This document shows, piece after piece, positions 40,600 through 53,300 of a DNA stretch of 64,000 nt. A program made the translations under genes and the position numbers. Under the pieces are notes generated by a model. The model was not told the DNA's origin, did no database searches, and saw nothing but the letters and a program-made list of their open reading frames with translations. Source of the DNA: Raillietiella orientalis (Eukaryota); contig JAYWIR010000015.1 in assembly GCA_036172245.1 (NCBI GenBank), positions 3,472,001 through 3,536,000 of the forward strand, read 5' to 3'. Each line of letters begins with the position of its first letter. Positions within the stretch are counted from its first letter, which is position 1.

Positions 40600-41710
40600 G
40601 GTGCGGAGGATAAGGGGTGTGTATTCAGCTGGAACGTGCTGAAAGGATGGTGCGGCAATGGTTACAGATTTAAATCTTTATAGTAGACTTCGACACCTTT
40701 GTGAAGAGTCTTTTACAGCGATACGGTAAGGTGATTTCTAGTTCTACAAACAGCCACAGTCTCAGAACTAAGCAAAAGCCCCAAAAAGATTTAAAAAAAA
40801 AAAAAAACAGTGCATCTGGAAAAGAATTGATAGTAGAAAGAGTCCATCTAAGGTCTTTGCATTGCTTGTGGAAGAAAACATCTCTTAGTCTAAGTTTCCT
40901 TTTGGAAAGTGTTCCTTCTACTCACGCGTCTACTTTTGTGGAAACATCGGAAGCAAGAAAAGGAGTAACTGGAACCACAGATGTGAATCTTGAGGATTCG
41001 GTTCTTAATCGCATAATCCAAAGATCAAACAGTGCTCACGCCGAGCATATGGAAGACTAATACGAAATGCAGGTGAAAGAAAGGTGACTTGGTTGAAGGA
41101 TGCAAAGTTTCATCTCTGAAAAAGCAAGGCTTGTGAAACCTAGAGTGCTGCTAAGAAACAGGAAAAAAAAATCCTTATCTGGCTTTGTTGCATCAGGATG
41201 GAACTAAAAGTGCCACCAATCGGATCGGCAAAATGTTTCATTTGGAGCAGAGAATAGAGTGGAACTCTCTCATTGTGTAAAGATGGTGATATGGAATCAC
41301 TATAGCACATGGTACTTCTGAAAGGATGCAAAAGGTAAATGATGGGACTTAGAGACCATTGAGAAGGTTTCAGAAAATGCTTTGTTTCCTCGTCCATCCC
41401 GTGGAGAGTTTTTCTTTTCCGGGAAAATTCATTCAGCTTCTTTCCTTCTTCCTCCTGAAGAATGCATGCAGGAGTGAGCCAAAGACATTCCGGTCTCACA
41501 CTTGCGGCTTTCGGTGGCAAAGACTGATAAAAAGAAGCCAATACAACCAACCTACTCTTTGGAACAAACAAGTCAAGTTGCTCCAGAGATTGGGTGATTG
41601 AGCTCAAACACAACAAAAGCACCGCTGATGGAAAGCGTTCGTGGTACTTCATATTTGATTCATTGTGAATTCTTCGTAGGCAATTCATGGTTGACTTCTG
41701 GTAGCTCATA
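40600..41710 (-). mobile_element. Decayed LINE (CR1/Jockey-like) EN-RT linker and RT N-terminus
   Basis: ORF 41140-41709 contains LDLFVPKS...CLWLTPAC and ISPSLH...F.S (cf. .VP.K...PW.T..C and IPPL...F.S). A P.SL...KV-like remnant lies near 40690-40730. Confidence 0.33.
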
Positions 41711-44049
41711 CTTCATGAGTAACTCACCGCATATCCTGTTGCATCCACAAATGCTGAAAGCACCGGATGCACTTTGAGTGACTCATCTCACATCTGGAGA
41801 AATAAAAAAACGATGATAAAACTGAGGTGAAATTTTCGAAACTCATGAAAGTCTATATCTCAACCCATTAAGACCACTGGATACTATCGTGAGACTTCTG
41901 GTAAACTTTTGGGTAAGAAAAACCAGAGACTTATTTCTGGAATCTATCAAAATGGTCTACTGCGAAATTCCCTATCCATGTAATTCATTTCAAACTCCGT
42001 TTTCTTCTTCGGATGCAAGCAGCTGCAAGGAGATTTCTAGGAAGAGAGCTGCTCCTTCAAATTTCGATTCACACATTCGGCATGCACTTGAGGGGATAAC
42101 CGTGTGCACGTTCTCGTGCCTTTTACATATTCTGCACTCGAACTTACTTACTTACACTCATCAGTAGGGTGTGTGCAGATGCTCACGTTGCTCAGCTCTG
42201 TTCCTATGAATTCGGTTTTCTGTCAAGTAGATTGTAAATCCACATAGAGCCCCGTTTCCCCAGAGAACCATGGATTTTTTTGATCAGCAGATCAGCATAT
42301 CAAACAAATCAGCAGTGTCACACGAAAGTATGAAAAATGATCTTCCAAAGCTGCAATCACATGTCTACCCCTTCCATTGCTTCGATCTCTTTCATTTCCT
42401 TTTTTTTTTTTATTGAAAAAACTCAGAGACCCCTGACGTCTAGATTCCTTCCCGCTGCCACTCGGTTCTTGAGGATCGAAGATTCTCAGAAAAGCCCTCT
42501 GCTCTTCAGTTAGCAGCCGGCTACCACGTTTTTGCCTTCTTTCGATCCTTTTGTCTCAGAATCTCATCGAGAACTCTGTCTTCATCATGTCGTCCCGACA
42601 ATAATACTTCGCTGGTGGATATCAATCCGTGACCTTTTGAAAAGGCATTTTCGGAAATAAACTTTGTTTCATTGGGATGGAGATCATTTCTAGTTGCAGC
42701 AACAGATCCGTCACGATGCAAGGCACTTCCTTGCAGAGACGAGATTGAGATCGGTCGAACTGGACACGAAAGAACGCAAAACTCAAGTTTTCTATGGGAG
42801 CAAAGATCGGGAAATTTTGCCGAGACCGCAAGGTGATGACATGATCACAGAAGGAGCTGATTCCTAGGAGTACCCTAACTCCCATATTCTCCTCCAGTTT
42901 GAATGGTTGAGGCTACTCTTGGTGATTTCATAAAGAAGCAACCGCTCCTCAAGCAGAAGACTTCGTTTTTTCTAACGCTGCAACACCTGATGGTGTCCTC
43001 CGCCGCGCTTGTGGGTCCAAGCGCACCGTATCCTGAGAATCATCTTTTAGATGCTGGTAGTAAGCCCTTCGCCTGCTGAAGAACTTTCCTTCTCATTCCG
43101 ACATGCCAGACCATTAGTTTCGAATGCATAAGTAAAAAAAATACGATAAATCAGGCATCTGCCTGCCTGAGAAGAGATGGTCCGAAATTCACCGAGGACA
43201 TGACCAGGAAGAAAATGGGAGCGTGAGGAGGAATATTAGTGAATTAATAAATAAAGGGGGGGGGGGGCGGAATGGACCGGATTTACAGTGTTTATTATGA
43301 TCTCCAAGAGACTGCGAGAGACAGAGAAGGGAGGGGAAGAGAACAGAGTGCTATCATAGGTGGTCGTCTAGTCTATCTACAACTTTCTCTTTCATTAGCT
43401 AAAGAATTTTCCGATGTGAATCCGAAGTGTCGACTGAGAAGTTCCTTGCTGGCTGAAAACAAGGACAAACAACCATCTCGATTGATTTGACATGTAAAGG
43501 GCTTTGAACACCTCCTTTACACACAGTTGAATATTTTCCAATGAGAAATTCACCTCATTCTCCATCCCTGACCTTTGGGAGGCCATTTTTAAATTGCTGC
43601 AATGGGTTTTTCTTCATTTTGTCTCGTTCTAAAGAATTCGCTTTCCTTTCGTCACCAAACCTTGAACCCTGAAGACCAGCTTGTTATTTGCGAGCTGCGG
43701 AAGTGCTGAGTTCCCACTTTGAGCGGCGAACCGCTCGCTCAGCTCTCGGCATGACACCCAGAACAACATCTTATACTGCGTCCTCCTACACGCAGAACCA
43801 AACTTCGACCAGGGCATCAAGAGTTCTGGGTTTGGAGGGTGGTAAAACTCACAGCTAGCTTTGGGTGAACTCTGCTGGCACTCTCGTTCCTGCCCTAACA
43901 TGCAGAGGCTAACAAGTATATCAAAAAGTGCTCCCGTTTGAGCTCGGTGGCATCTCCGGAGTCCGGTGCTGATTTCACGAGAAGCTCATGCCTGCCAGCT
44001 GTGCAGGAACATCGCCTCTACCTCCAAGAGGATATCTTTTCCTTTTTTA

Positions 44050-44320
44050 CATCTCTTCTTCTCCTAGAGCAAGAAAATGGAATCCTTTAGAAGGTTTCTT
44101 CAGGAGGATCGAATTCCTGTAGTCAAACTCAATTCAGTCGGCTAAGAAAGAAAGTACAGATCGCTTATAGCAGGGTGGAGCAAAAATGGGATTTCCTGAG
44201 GACACATTCGCACACGGATACCTCAGAGAATACTAAATGGCCCTCCCCAGAGGGGAAGGTGCGAAAAGAAATATGAGAGCTGGAAGTCAGGGTGGCTGCC
44301 ATCGACCTGGCAAAGGAGAC
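44050..44320 (+). mobile_element. Short LINE RT fragment
   Basis: EVRVAAIDLAK at 44283-44315 (cf. V...DLAKAFD), preceded by SLLLL..SKKMES (cf. ISLL...SKIME). Confidence 0.33.
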
Positions 44321-46984
44321 TCAAACCCATAAGGAAATCACTCGCTTCGTGGTCTGAGGGGAACAGCTCCCTGCTCTGTTCGCAACATCAAGGCAACGAA
44401 TCTCCAGCCAGTAGCTGCTCTGGATGGAAAGCAATGCTGGGAAGGCGGTTCATCGGCAGCAACCGCCTCTCCAATGGAACAATCCATCGACCAGCAGATT
44501 TCGATGTCCAAGATCAAGAGGCAGTTACGAGATCTCTTCAGCAATTGATCCACCCGAGCTGCGACGTCCCAAAACGGATACTTTGCTGCATGAGGATTTC
44601 TCCAGTGCTGATCATCTGATACCAGCAGGTGATCTCAGGGATGCAGCTTTCCTCTTAAGAAAGCTGCAGAGCAAGGCATTTCGCTCCTTCTGAAATTCGA
44701 CTGGTGCAGGCGAGGAAGCATACTCCAGAAGATTCTAGCTCCTGACTGCCTTATAAAGATGCAAAAGTTATATCTTCAGAATCTTACGAAATTTAAGCCA
44801 GTTTCAGCTTCACGTTGGACCTGTTCACAGAAAGTAGGAGAAGATTTTCAAGTTTGTCATTTTTTATGATGGTTTCGTAGCACCGACAACGTGGGAGCAC
44901 GATAAGCATCTTCGAGTACCCATTTCAAATGCTGACCGCACATCTGCTCCTGTGAAAGTGAAATATTGCTATATTTAGAAAGTAATGGTTGAATATAATT
45001 TTGAAATGCCAGTAAATTAAGGCAAGGATAAAAAACCTGGTGACGAAATGTTTTTAATGATTGCGTAATGTGTAATTGATAGACATGAAAGTACATAAAT
45101 ATTTAATTTACTTCCATTAAGAAATAGCAACCAACGTACATTGTGTAACATAAATATATTTAATCAAACTGACCATTATTCAAGGAAATATATTCACATG
45201 GAATCTGGTATTTTACACAGCATTAATAATAATGTTTTTGTGAGCTAATTAAAAGTGTTTTCATTTATGAATAAAAACACGTTGTGACCCACAAATGGTC
45301 AGGGCATCAACAGGGAAGCAATAATCTGCAGCATAGCAAGGATTGGCGAAAGATGTAGACAAGTGCAACCTGTAAGAAGCATTAGATGATTGGATCAGGT
45401 GATTGCAATTTGATTTATGCCTTTACGATTGCATGTGCACACATTGCATGCAGTGGAAATTGCATATTGTGAAACAGGGCTGCAAAGTCACTTTGCAAAT
45501 TATTGAAAAAATGTTGTCAAGTCATTTACTCGAAAATATTCGTTAATTAAATTTATTAATATCCATTAATCATTTGTTATATCAACTAATATTCATTAAT
45601 ATGAAATCAGTAGGTATTTATTGAAGTGCTTGAACTAAAATACTTATCCGATAATTGGAATTTGTTTTTCTTTATAACACATCCGTGGCTGTGAAGTGCA
45701 CTTACTGGACAGCTGCCCTTCCCTGTAAGACACGAGATGCCCTCAAAAAAGAGGGCGGAGACCATTGGGTTCACTTCACCCAAGAAGATGGTTAGCTCCA
45801 TCAAACGAGATGCCATACCGGAGAAACAGGGACAGATGAAATATTGAGGGTGACCCAAGGAAGAGTCACATAACAGAGAGCCCGAATGTGCCTCTAGACT
45901 GAAGCCTCATGTCCTCAACAATTCCAGGACAAGATGTGAAACAGAGATGCGACTGCGCTCATCCGGAAAGTCACGAGATTAACAAGAAAGGAGACGATGG
46001 AAGCATGGAAATATGGAGGCTGAGAAGATCAGGGTGCAGACTGAACCATGTGCTGCCATAGAAGAACTCTGTGCACAAATTTAGAGGATAAAACTGAAGC
46101 ATTCGTGAGATCAACCAGAAAAAAGAAATCATCGAACTCTTTTTTTATGTTCGTTGACCGTTCTTGAACTGATGATGGTTTGCAGCGGTTCCGTCTGCAG
46201 GTTTTCCATCCTCTCCAGAACCCTTGACCCTTCTTGATACCGGACAAGGATTTTCGATTCTGCAGGCTCTGAGCCGATTTTGTTGCTTGAATGCACAAAC
46301 AGCCAGGTAGCAGGAACGGTTGCCACGCGTCGCGCGTTTCCACGGGATGAATTCAGCAAAGCACCCAATTCTCGAGACGCAGTTGAGAAAACGTTCTCTG
46401 GCCAATCAGGAAAGCGCTCCTTTAATTCAAGAGAATTTGGACGTTGAGACTAAACTTGGACTTATTTCTCAGGGATTTAGCCACAGTTTGAATTCTATTA
46501 ACATCACGCAAACGCGGAATGCACTGAGATATTCATTAGCAACGATAAGCTTCTTGTGATGTTTCGGCACGTGTTTTGACTTTTGGATCACTCGCAAGTC
46601 CGCGTGCTCATGTAAGCAGGGTTTTACACAGCAGACCCATGCTGCTTTCTGCAACGGAGTAGGCCTGGGTATTCTAGGCATAACTCATGTCTCACGGGGA
46701 AGCCCTTCCCGAAGATGATAGCTGAAAGGAACTCTTCTCGCCATCTCGAGATCTTTCTTGCTGGAAAAAGCGCTACTGCAACATCTAAGGAAGGCAACTA
46801 CACTTCAAGTCACGTATTTCACAAGTCTGCTGCCTTGCTGGTAGCGGAAGATCACAAGTTGGCTGCTTCTCAGCACCTTAGGCAATTTGTTTGTGCATCG
46901 CGATCATTTTCTTCCCCCCTCCCCCCCATTTTTCAGGAACTTTGGACAGTTTCTGTTTACACAGTAAGCCTGTAAATTTTCACA

Positions 46985-47180
46985 GGGTGCCACGGGCCTA
47001 ATGCACCAGTTCCATCGACCCTTGACGAGCATCCCAGCGAGGAAAAACGCGCCATGCGCTAACAAGTCTTGAACGGTGGAATACAACCGTTTAAGCATTT
47101 CCAGTTGTGGTGCAGCAAGCGTTTCCATGGACAACTGGACTGGTCCAGCGCTGGCCTGACTAACGCGATCGGCGGAACTA
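46985..47180 (-). mobile_element. Short LINE RT thumb-region fragment
   Basis: ALVRPALDQSSCPW, then after a frameshift ETLAAPQLEMLKRL (cf. ALVRPILEYAS.VW.....QL..LERL). Confidence 0.4.
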
Positions 47181-49639
47181 TAAGATCCAACTGAAACTCA
47201 AATTTAGAGAACCTCTTTGATTCTCCTGCTTCCTGCTATTCTGATGGGATTCTCAATCGTGAATGACTGGGCAAGGTTCACACAGGATGGATCTTTCAGG
47301 TGAGTCTGAAGATTCTGGAGTTGACACTTGCAGAAGACATGCCGCACAGCATTACTTTATCACGTGGGGCTTTAGCCACCCTCCGGAGCCATTCCTAACC
47401 CAGAAACCAAGACATTTTAGTCCAATAACGAAAAATTCATGAAAAGTATCTTTTTTTGCAAAAGACATTTCGAACTGGCATCCCTGAGTCTCGAAAAATG
47501 GAGATGAAAAAAAAAAATAGAGATGAAGGCATTCGGTTCGGCGAGCAAGGATAATAGCACCCACGACCGATGCCGGGATTCCTGTAGGCAGCAAAAGCAT
47601 TAAGGATGAATCGCTGCGTTTGAAGGAAACAAGAAAACGGAATGATTCTATGAAGAGAAGAGAAAAAAAGCTCCAGACTTTCAGTATGAAGGGTCACATC
47701 CACATCCAGGTGCGAGGACAAACCAATGTCGAATGACACCGCTCGAAAGAAAGTTGCTTTCTTCTACTCCTATTTATGCTTTCTATTGTATTGTTACTAT
47801 TGAGGTCGCACCTGCTTCATATTGCCACTCTGAAGGGATCACCAACGTCCATGTCGATGCGCTGCTGGTATCAGATGAAGACACGTTCCATCGAAAGACC
47901 ATCAGCTCCCATGTTCCGTACGTCCTCTCTTCACAACAGCGTGAGGACTATTCTCCCGTGTTGCCATCAGGATCTGCTGTCTTCGAAATATCACCTCTGA
48001 GGTGGCTTCCCAGTGTACGAAAACCCTGAAAATTCCTTCTTTCAAAGTGTTGGACGCTGAGGATGGCAATGTGAGCGCACGGTCCACATTAAAGAGCCGT
48101 GCATCTCTCATCAAAGAGCTCGATCCACTCCTGTGCTTGCAAATGATGCTCCGGAATGCAGCCAATGACCAGGAGATTGTCCGCCTGTCTGGCTGCCGTG
48201 TCCATTTGATTTTTCACTCGACTCTGCGGTCTCAAAAGAGTTTCTTCCATCTCCTGGCAGGGTTTCCTTTGTTTGCTTTTTTGTTGAAAAGTAAACACCC
48301 CGGGCTCGACCTGTTGGCGAGCTCGGCTCTCCGATCCCTGCGTTCCACTCACGTATTAGGGAGCCTTCAGTTCCCTTGGTCGCTCTCTCGCCGGATTCCA
48401 TATTCCATGATCCTGGAGACCGATCCTACGGCGACTGTCCTGACGGATGCTGGAACTCATTCATAACCTAGGCGGAGAGCCAGTCCTTTGAAACTTCCCT
48501 CCTTTCCCTGCCTTGCCTCTTCTGGGACTTCAACAAGGGTTCCACTATTCCTGTTTTCTCGCCTCGCAGTGGAACCAAACCTGGTCGTGCTCTCTCCGTG
48601 GAGTGAAATTCCAGAAAGGATTGCTCGCCTCTCCCACCCCGGAATTGTTCCTTGCGAGGGTGCGCCCACCTGCTCGCTTTCTCTTGCATCTGGGGTGGTG
48701 TTTCTTGGGCCATGCGCTTTCCCAACAACGGGGTCTCGCAAGATGGCGCAGCAGCACGTTGCGCATGCCTTTCCACTTACGACATGTCGGAAGCTACGTG
48801 ATCCCTCATCCCTACGCGGGTACGCGAGGGACCCAGAACTTTTGGAACTCCGTGAGGGAAGTTGGGGTGCCCGGCGGAGGGAGCAGAACGAGCGAGCACC
48901 TTGACGGCGTGTCATGCCGCTCCTCTGCGGGGTGATCATTCCGATGCCGCCGCTTCCCTTGAGGAGAGCGGAAGCGAAACCCCTGGGCCATGGAATCACC
49001 AGCTCGTTCGCCCCTTTCCTTCCGTTGAGGGCGCGCAAACTCAGGGAGGGCGCCCAAGAGTTTGTTTCGGCCTCTTTGCGCAGTTCTTCCCGTACATCCC
49101 TGCAGCCCTGCAATCTGCCTGACCTCAGGCTCCCGGGAGAAGGAACGAAGCTGCTGCATTCTCGTTGGAAGTCGGCCGGCACCGTTCGCTCACGCGGCGG
49201 TTCGCCTCGGGCGACGGGGCCAATCCCCTCCTCCCTCTCCCCACCCCCCCCTCGACTCCGCGTCTGACTCTGAAGCGCTTGGCTGGTGAGTCTGGGGCGA
49301 TCCACTCCGCGGCGGCGAGCCATGCCGGACGAGCGGAACGTGGGCGTCAAGATCCGGCCCGTTCGTCGCCCGCTCATTGCCCCCGTCGGGCAAGGGAAGT
49401 CGAGGTGCGCCCGCACGGTGAAAGAGAATGGGGAACGAAGATGAATACCAGGAAAATATCCTACCTGGAACGGGGGATGGAAAGCAGGGGACCAGTTCCT
49501 CCCATCCCTTGCTCCAGGCATCCAGGGAACTCCCGTTAGGTACACTTCGCTGGAGCCTCGTCGGCTGCAGCGCACCGTCGGGAGGCTCTCCGTTCCCTTC
49601 TGCCACGCTTCCCGCAGACCATCCGGGAGAGAGGCTGCG

Positions 49640-50115
49640 GTGAGGAAGTGACCTCTTCAGCTTCCCTGCTTCGCTGGCAACCCCGCTCGAGCCCGAACGG
49701 TGGGAGAACGCATGCGGATCACCGCGCGGACGAGGGAAGGGAAAATCCGGCCGCTTCCGGTTCGTGAGCCGCGGACTTCGTCCTCCCCCAAAGCCGGAGG
49801 TGGTTCCTGAAGCGGACCCTGGGAACCGTGCTCTACGCACGGGTGAGGTGCCGAGCGGTTCGTCCGCCATTTTTTGCTTCGGGGTCCGGCCGGCAGGCGG
49901 CGCCGCCACGCTCCCCCTGCCAGCAGTTTCCGAAGCGCAAAGTTCCGAAAGACGTCAGAAGCCGAACGGAGAGATGAGCCGCGCCGCTCTCGGATCAGCA
50001 GCCATGCCGGCGGGAACCGATTATCACTCGCTTCCTCGCGGTCCGCCGTAGCACGTGACACCGCTTGTCTACAAGCGGCGCATGATGCAGAGCGTCCTGC
50101 AAAGTTCAGTTCCGC
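49640..50115. promoter_or_regulatory. Putative core/proximal promoter of the ADAM10-like gene, possibly bidirectional
   Basis: ETS-like GGAAGTGAC (49644-49652) and GCTTCCGG (49753-49760), YY1-like CCGCCATTTT (49864-49873), E-box CACGTG (50052-50057). An arthropod Inr match TCAGTT (50106-50111) lies ~170 bp upstream of the ATG. Confidence 0.5.
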
Positions 50116-50276
50116 CGTGAACGGCCGGTGATAATCAGCGGGCAGGATTGCGATCCGGGAACCGGGAGAACCGCGAGGCGGTTTTTTCCGGCGCTCTGGA
50201 AGGAGGCGAGGACAGCAACGCGGATCGGATAACATTGTGCTGCGAGAGGAAGACGACAGCTCCTGGAAGATGGAAG

Positions 50277-50331
50277 ATGTTTCTCGGTGCCTGTTTCTTC
50301 CTGAGCTGCATTCACGCCGCGGCTGCTGCAG
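50277..50331 (+). CDS. ADAM10: ADAM10-like exon 1 (signal peptide MFLGACFFLSCIHAAAAA)
   Basis: ATG at 50277, hydrophobic core, AXA cleavage motif, donor GTAACG at 50332. Phase 1 is compatible with exon 2. Confidence 0.8.
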
Positions 50332-53300
50332 GTAACGAGAAAAGGGAAGAGTTGCGCGCGTGTGTGCGTGCGTGGGAGGGGGAAGAAGATGGCTGTAGGG
50401 CTGTCGTCTGGAGTCGTAGTCGTGGCTTCCTCTTCCCGCCGCCGCCTGAGTGTGTCCGCGTGTGTGCACCGTCCTTGTCAGACCTCCGCGTCCCGTGGGA
50501 CGTGCCGACACGGCGTGCTGCCGAAAAGTCCCTGGACGCAGAAAAGTCGGGAAACTCCCCCCTTCCCCTCCCTCCCCCCTCCCTTCCCGTTGTGTGTGCC
50601 CTGCTGCCCAGCGCCGCCTGAGTGCCCGCGGTGGCTCCGTACAAGAACCCAAGTGGCAGTGGCCAACAGCAAACAACAACAAGCGCCGCCAAGAATCACC
50701 ACGCCGCCGCCTTCTTCCCCGAAGAATAGCTCTCTGGGGCTCTTGCGAAAGCGTGCGCGGGCGCGCGTTCCTGGCCGACGGCCGCCGAGGTAACGGCACC
50801 TGGCAGCGTCCGAAATTCGGTCCCCGGCTCTTTCTGCACCGATTCGAATGTACGTCTCTCTCCTTCTCTCTCCTCGGTTTACTCTCGGGAGTCCACCGGA
50901 GCGTTGCTGAAGGTCCTGCAATTCGAAAAACGGGATAGAATGGGAAGAACCAGCAGCAACGGGAGAAATCGCACAGCCAGCAGAGATTCCTTTCTCTCTC
51001 TCTCTCTCTTTTTTTTTTTTCCTTCTGTTTCCTCCTCTTTTTCCCGCGTAATGAGATTTTCGATGGCTGTCCAGTTTATTTCAAAACACTTTGTGCAATA
51101 AACGGCTCGTTCAGGCCGTGCTTTGCTCAATCGCTCGTGTTCGGAATGGACATTACGTGTTCGTGGAATTAGCCGCGGGGCGTGCATACGTATGTTCGAT
51201 GGACCGTTCTCTCAACGCGCTCCAGCATCTAATAAAAGCATCGCGAGTTATTCCAGGTTCTCGGATTCCGATATTCTAATTTTGTGATTTCGAAATCCCG
51301 GCGATCGTCCGGTTTCCCGAGCGTGGGTGGAGTCACGCCGCGTTCGCTCTGACGTGCAACCATTTCCTCTTCCTCCTCCCTGTTGTCAGGGGAGCCGAAC
51401 CTCATTCAAAATTTCGTGTTTCCCAACGAGTGGATGCACCACCGGGGAGAGAAAAAAAAAAAAAAAAATTCACGCGGGGCGTTGCGAAGGCGGGAGGAAC
51501 GCGAGAGACCGTTCCTGGCAGGAGCACTTTCGTGCATCTCCGCTCGCGAAACGCCCGATGGGGACCGTCCTGCAAACCATCACCACCCCACCCTCCACCC
51601 CCTTGACCAGCCGGCACCATGGATGCAGTCCATGGTGCCTTCCGGATCGTCCCGGCGACGGAAACGCTCCGCTCGTAGTGCCTGCGACCGTCCCCTGTCG
51701 GAGGTGGCGACGCCTCGCGCTCGCTCCCGCTGCCGGGGAGGAGCGAGATGGCACGTGGCACTTCCTTTCGTCACATCTTGAGAGGCAGCGGCGAGCCGAC
51801 GAAGGGAGGAGGCTCTCCCGGGGATCGCATGAGCACCTGGAATTGACCCGACCCGAGCGCTTCGCGCAGGACGAGAGGAGGAGTTTCGAAATCGAAAGTG
51901 CCCCACCAGCAGGTGGAGGAGGAGTCCCAAACTCCAATCGAGAGGAAGCTGATGATTCGTTGGTCCGGGCGTGTCGTCCAGGAGGGCTCCATCAGACGAG
52001 CAGGAGGCACAGGGCCTCCGGGATCGATTCCCTGAGCCATGGAGCCATCACGCACCATCAGCCATTTCCGCCAAATTCCTTTCGCCGCATCGGAGGCGCC
52101 ATGAAAAGCAGACGATCTCAAGAATTCCTTGATCGGCACGCCCACGTGAGCGTGGGCGTGCCGATCAAGGAATGGTTGAAAGGAGGAAGAGGAGAGAGGG
52201 AGGATGCATGGCGATCGCGTCCTTGCGAGCTCACCTCGCGACACCTACACGTGGCTTCCGGAACCTGGAAGAAGGTCTTTCGGTCGGTCGCATGGCTCGC
52301 GGGAGTTCTGGCACTCTTTTCTTGGACTGTACACCTCTGGTGAGGTCATCTGGTCTTCCGAGTCTCCGTTTGCGTCCCCTCCCACGTCCTTCCGTGGTCA
52401 GCACGGCATGCACTTGCACTTTCGGTGGAATCTCAGGAGATGCGGGAGTCCTCCGGTGCTGGCACTCTTCCTTTCGGCTCTTCGACTGTGTAGAGAAGCC
52501 ATCAATCACTTTCTCCCATTCGAATATCCTCTCGAGCATGCACATATACATACATGTACAATTTTAGTATATATACAGTTGGAGCGTGTACTCGTCAGTG
52601 GAGAATAAGTATGTACATATACATACGTATTCTCCACTGACGAGCTAGCGGAGTCGACAGGGTGAAATCATCGTCGTGGAGACTTGCAGCCGTTTCCTGC
52701 GCAGGGATCATGACCCCGTCGACTTTGCGCGCGGGACATTTCCTTGACTCCTCCCTCCTTCCCAGTCACTGGGAGCGTTTGGGAACTTGCGGACGGAGGT
52801 GTTCCGCGCTCGTACAGGCGTTGGGAGCGCACTCATCTCTGCTGCTCCTACGGGAGTTGTGCGAGCGCACCCCCCTCTTCCCCGTCCCTCTCTCCCTTTC
52901 GGCGTCCAGGTGGTTTCGTTCCGGAAAGGGAAAAGAAACTTCCCAGGCAGCTGCTCCCCTCGTGGCGTGCTCGCCAGCGAGCGACGCTGACTTGAGAGTG
53001 GCTCGTCCGGTCGAATCGGTGATGAAGAGCGCTGCAGGCGAGACGGCCGGGCGGCAACCCCACCTGTCTGGCAGGCACTCCCCCGCGAAGAGAGCCAGCG
53101 GAATCGTCATCCCAGGCTCCTCTCGCTCTCGCAGCCTCGGTGGGAGGGGGAAGAAGAGGAGAGGAGGAAAGAGGTAAAGCGCGTCGGTAAGGCGTCTTAC
53201 CGAAGGCGTGGAGGCAGTGACCAGCGAACCTCGGGCCTCCTTTTCTGTTCCTCCGCTCTTGGCCGCACCTTGTCGTGACGCCTCCTGGCTTTCTCCCCTC

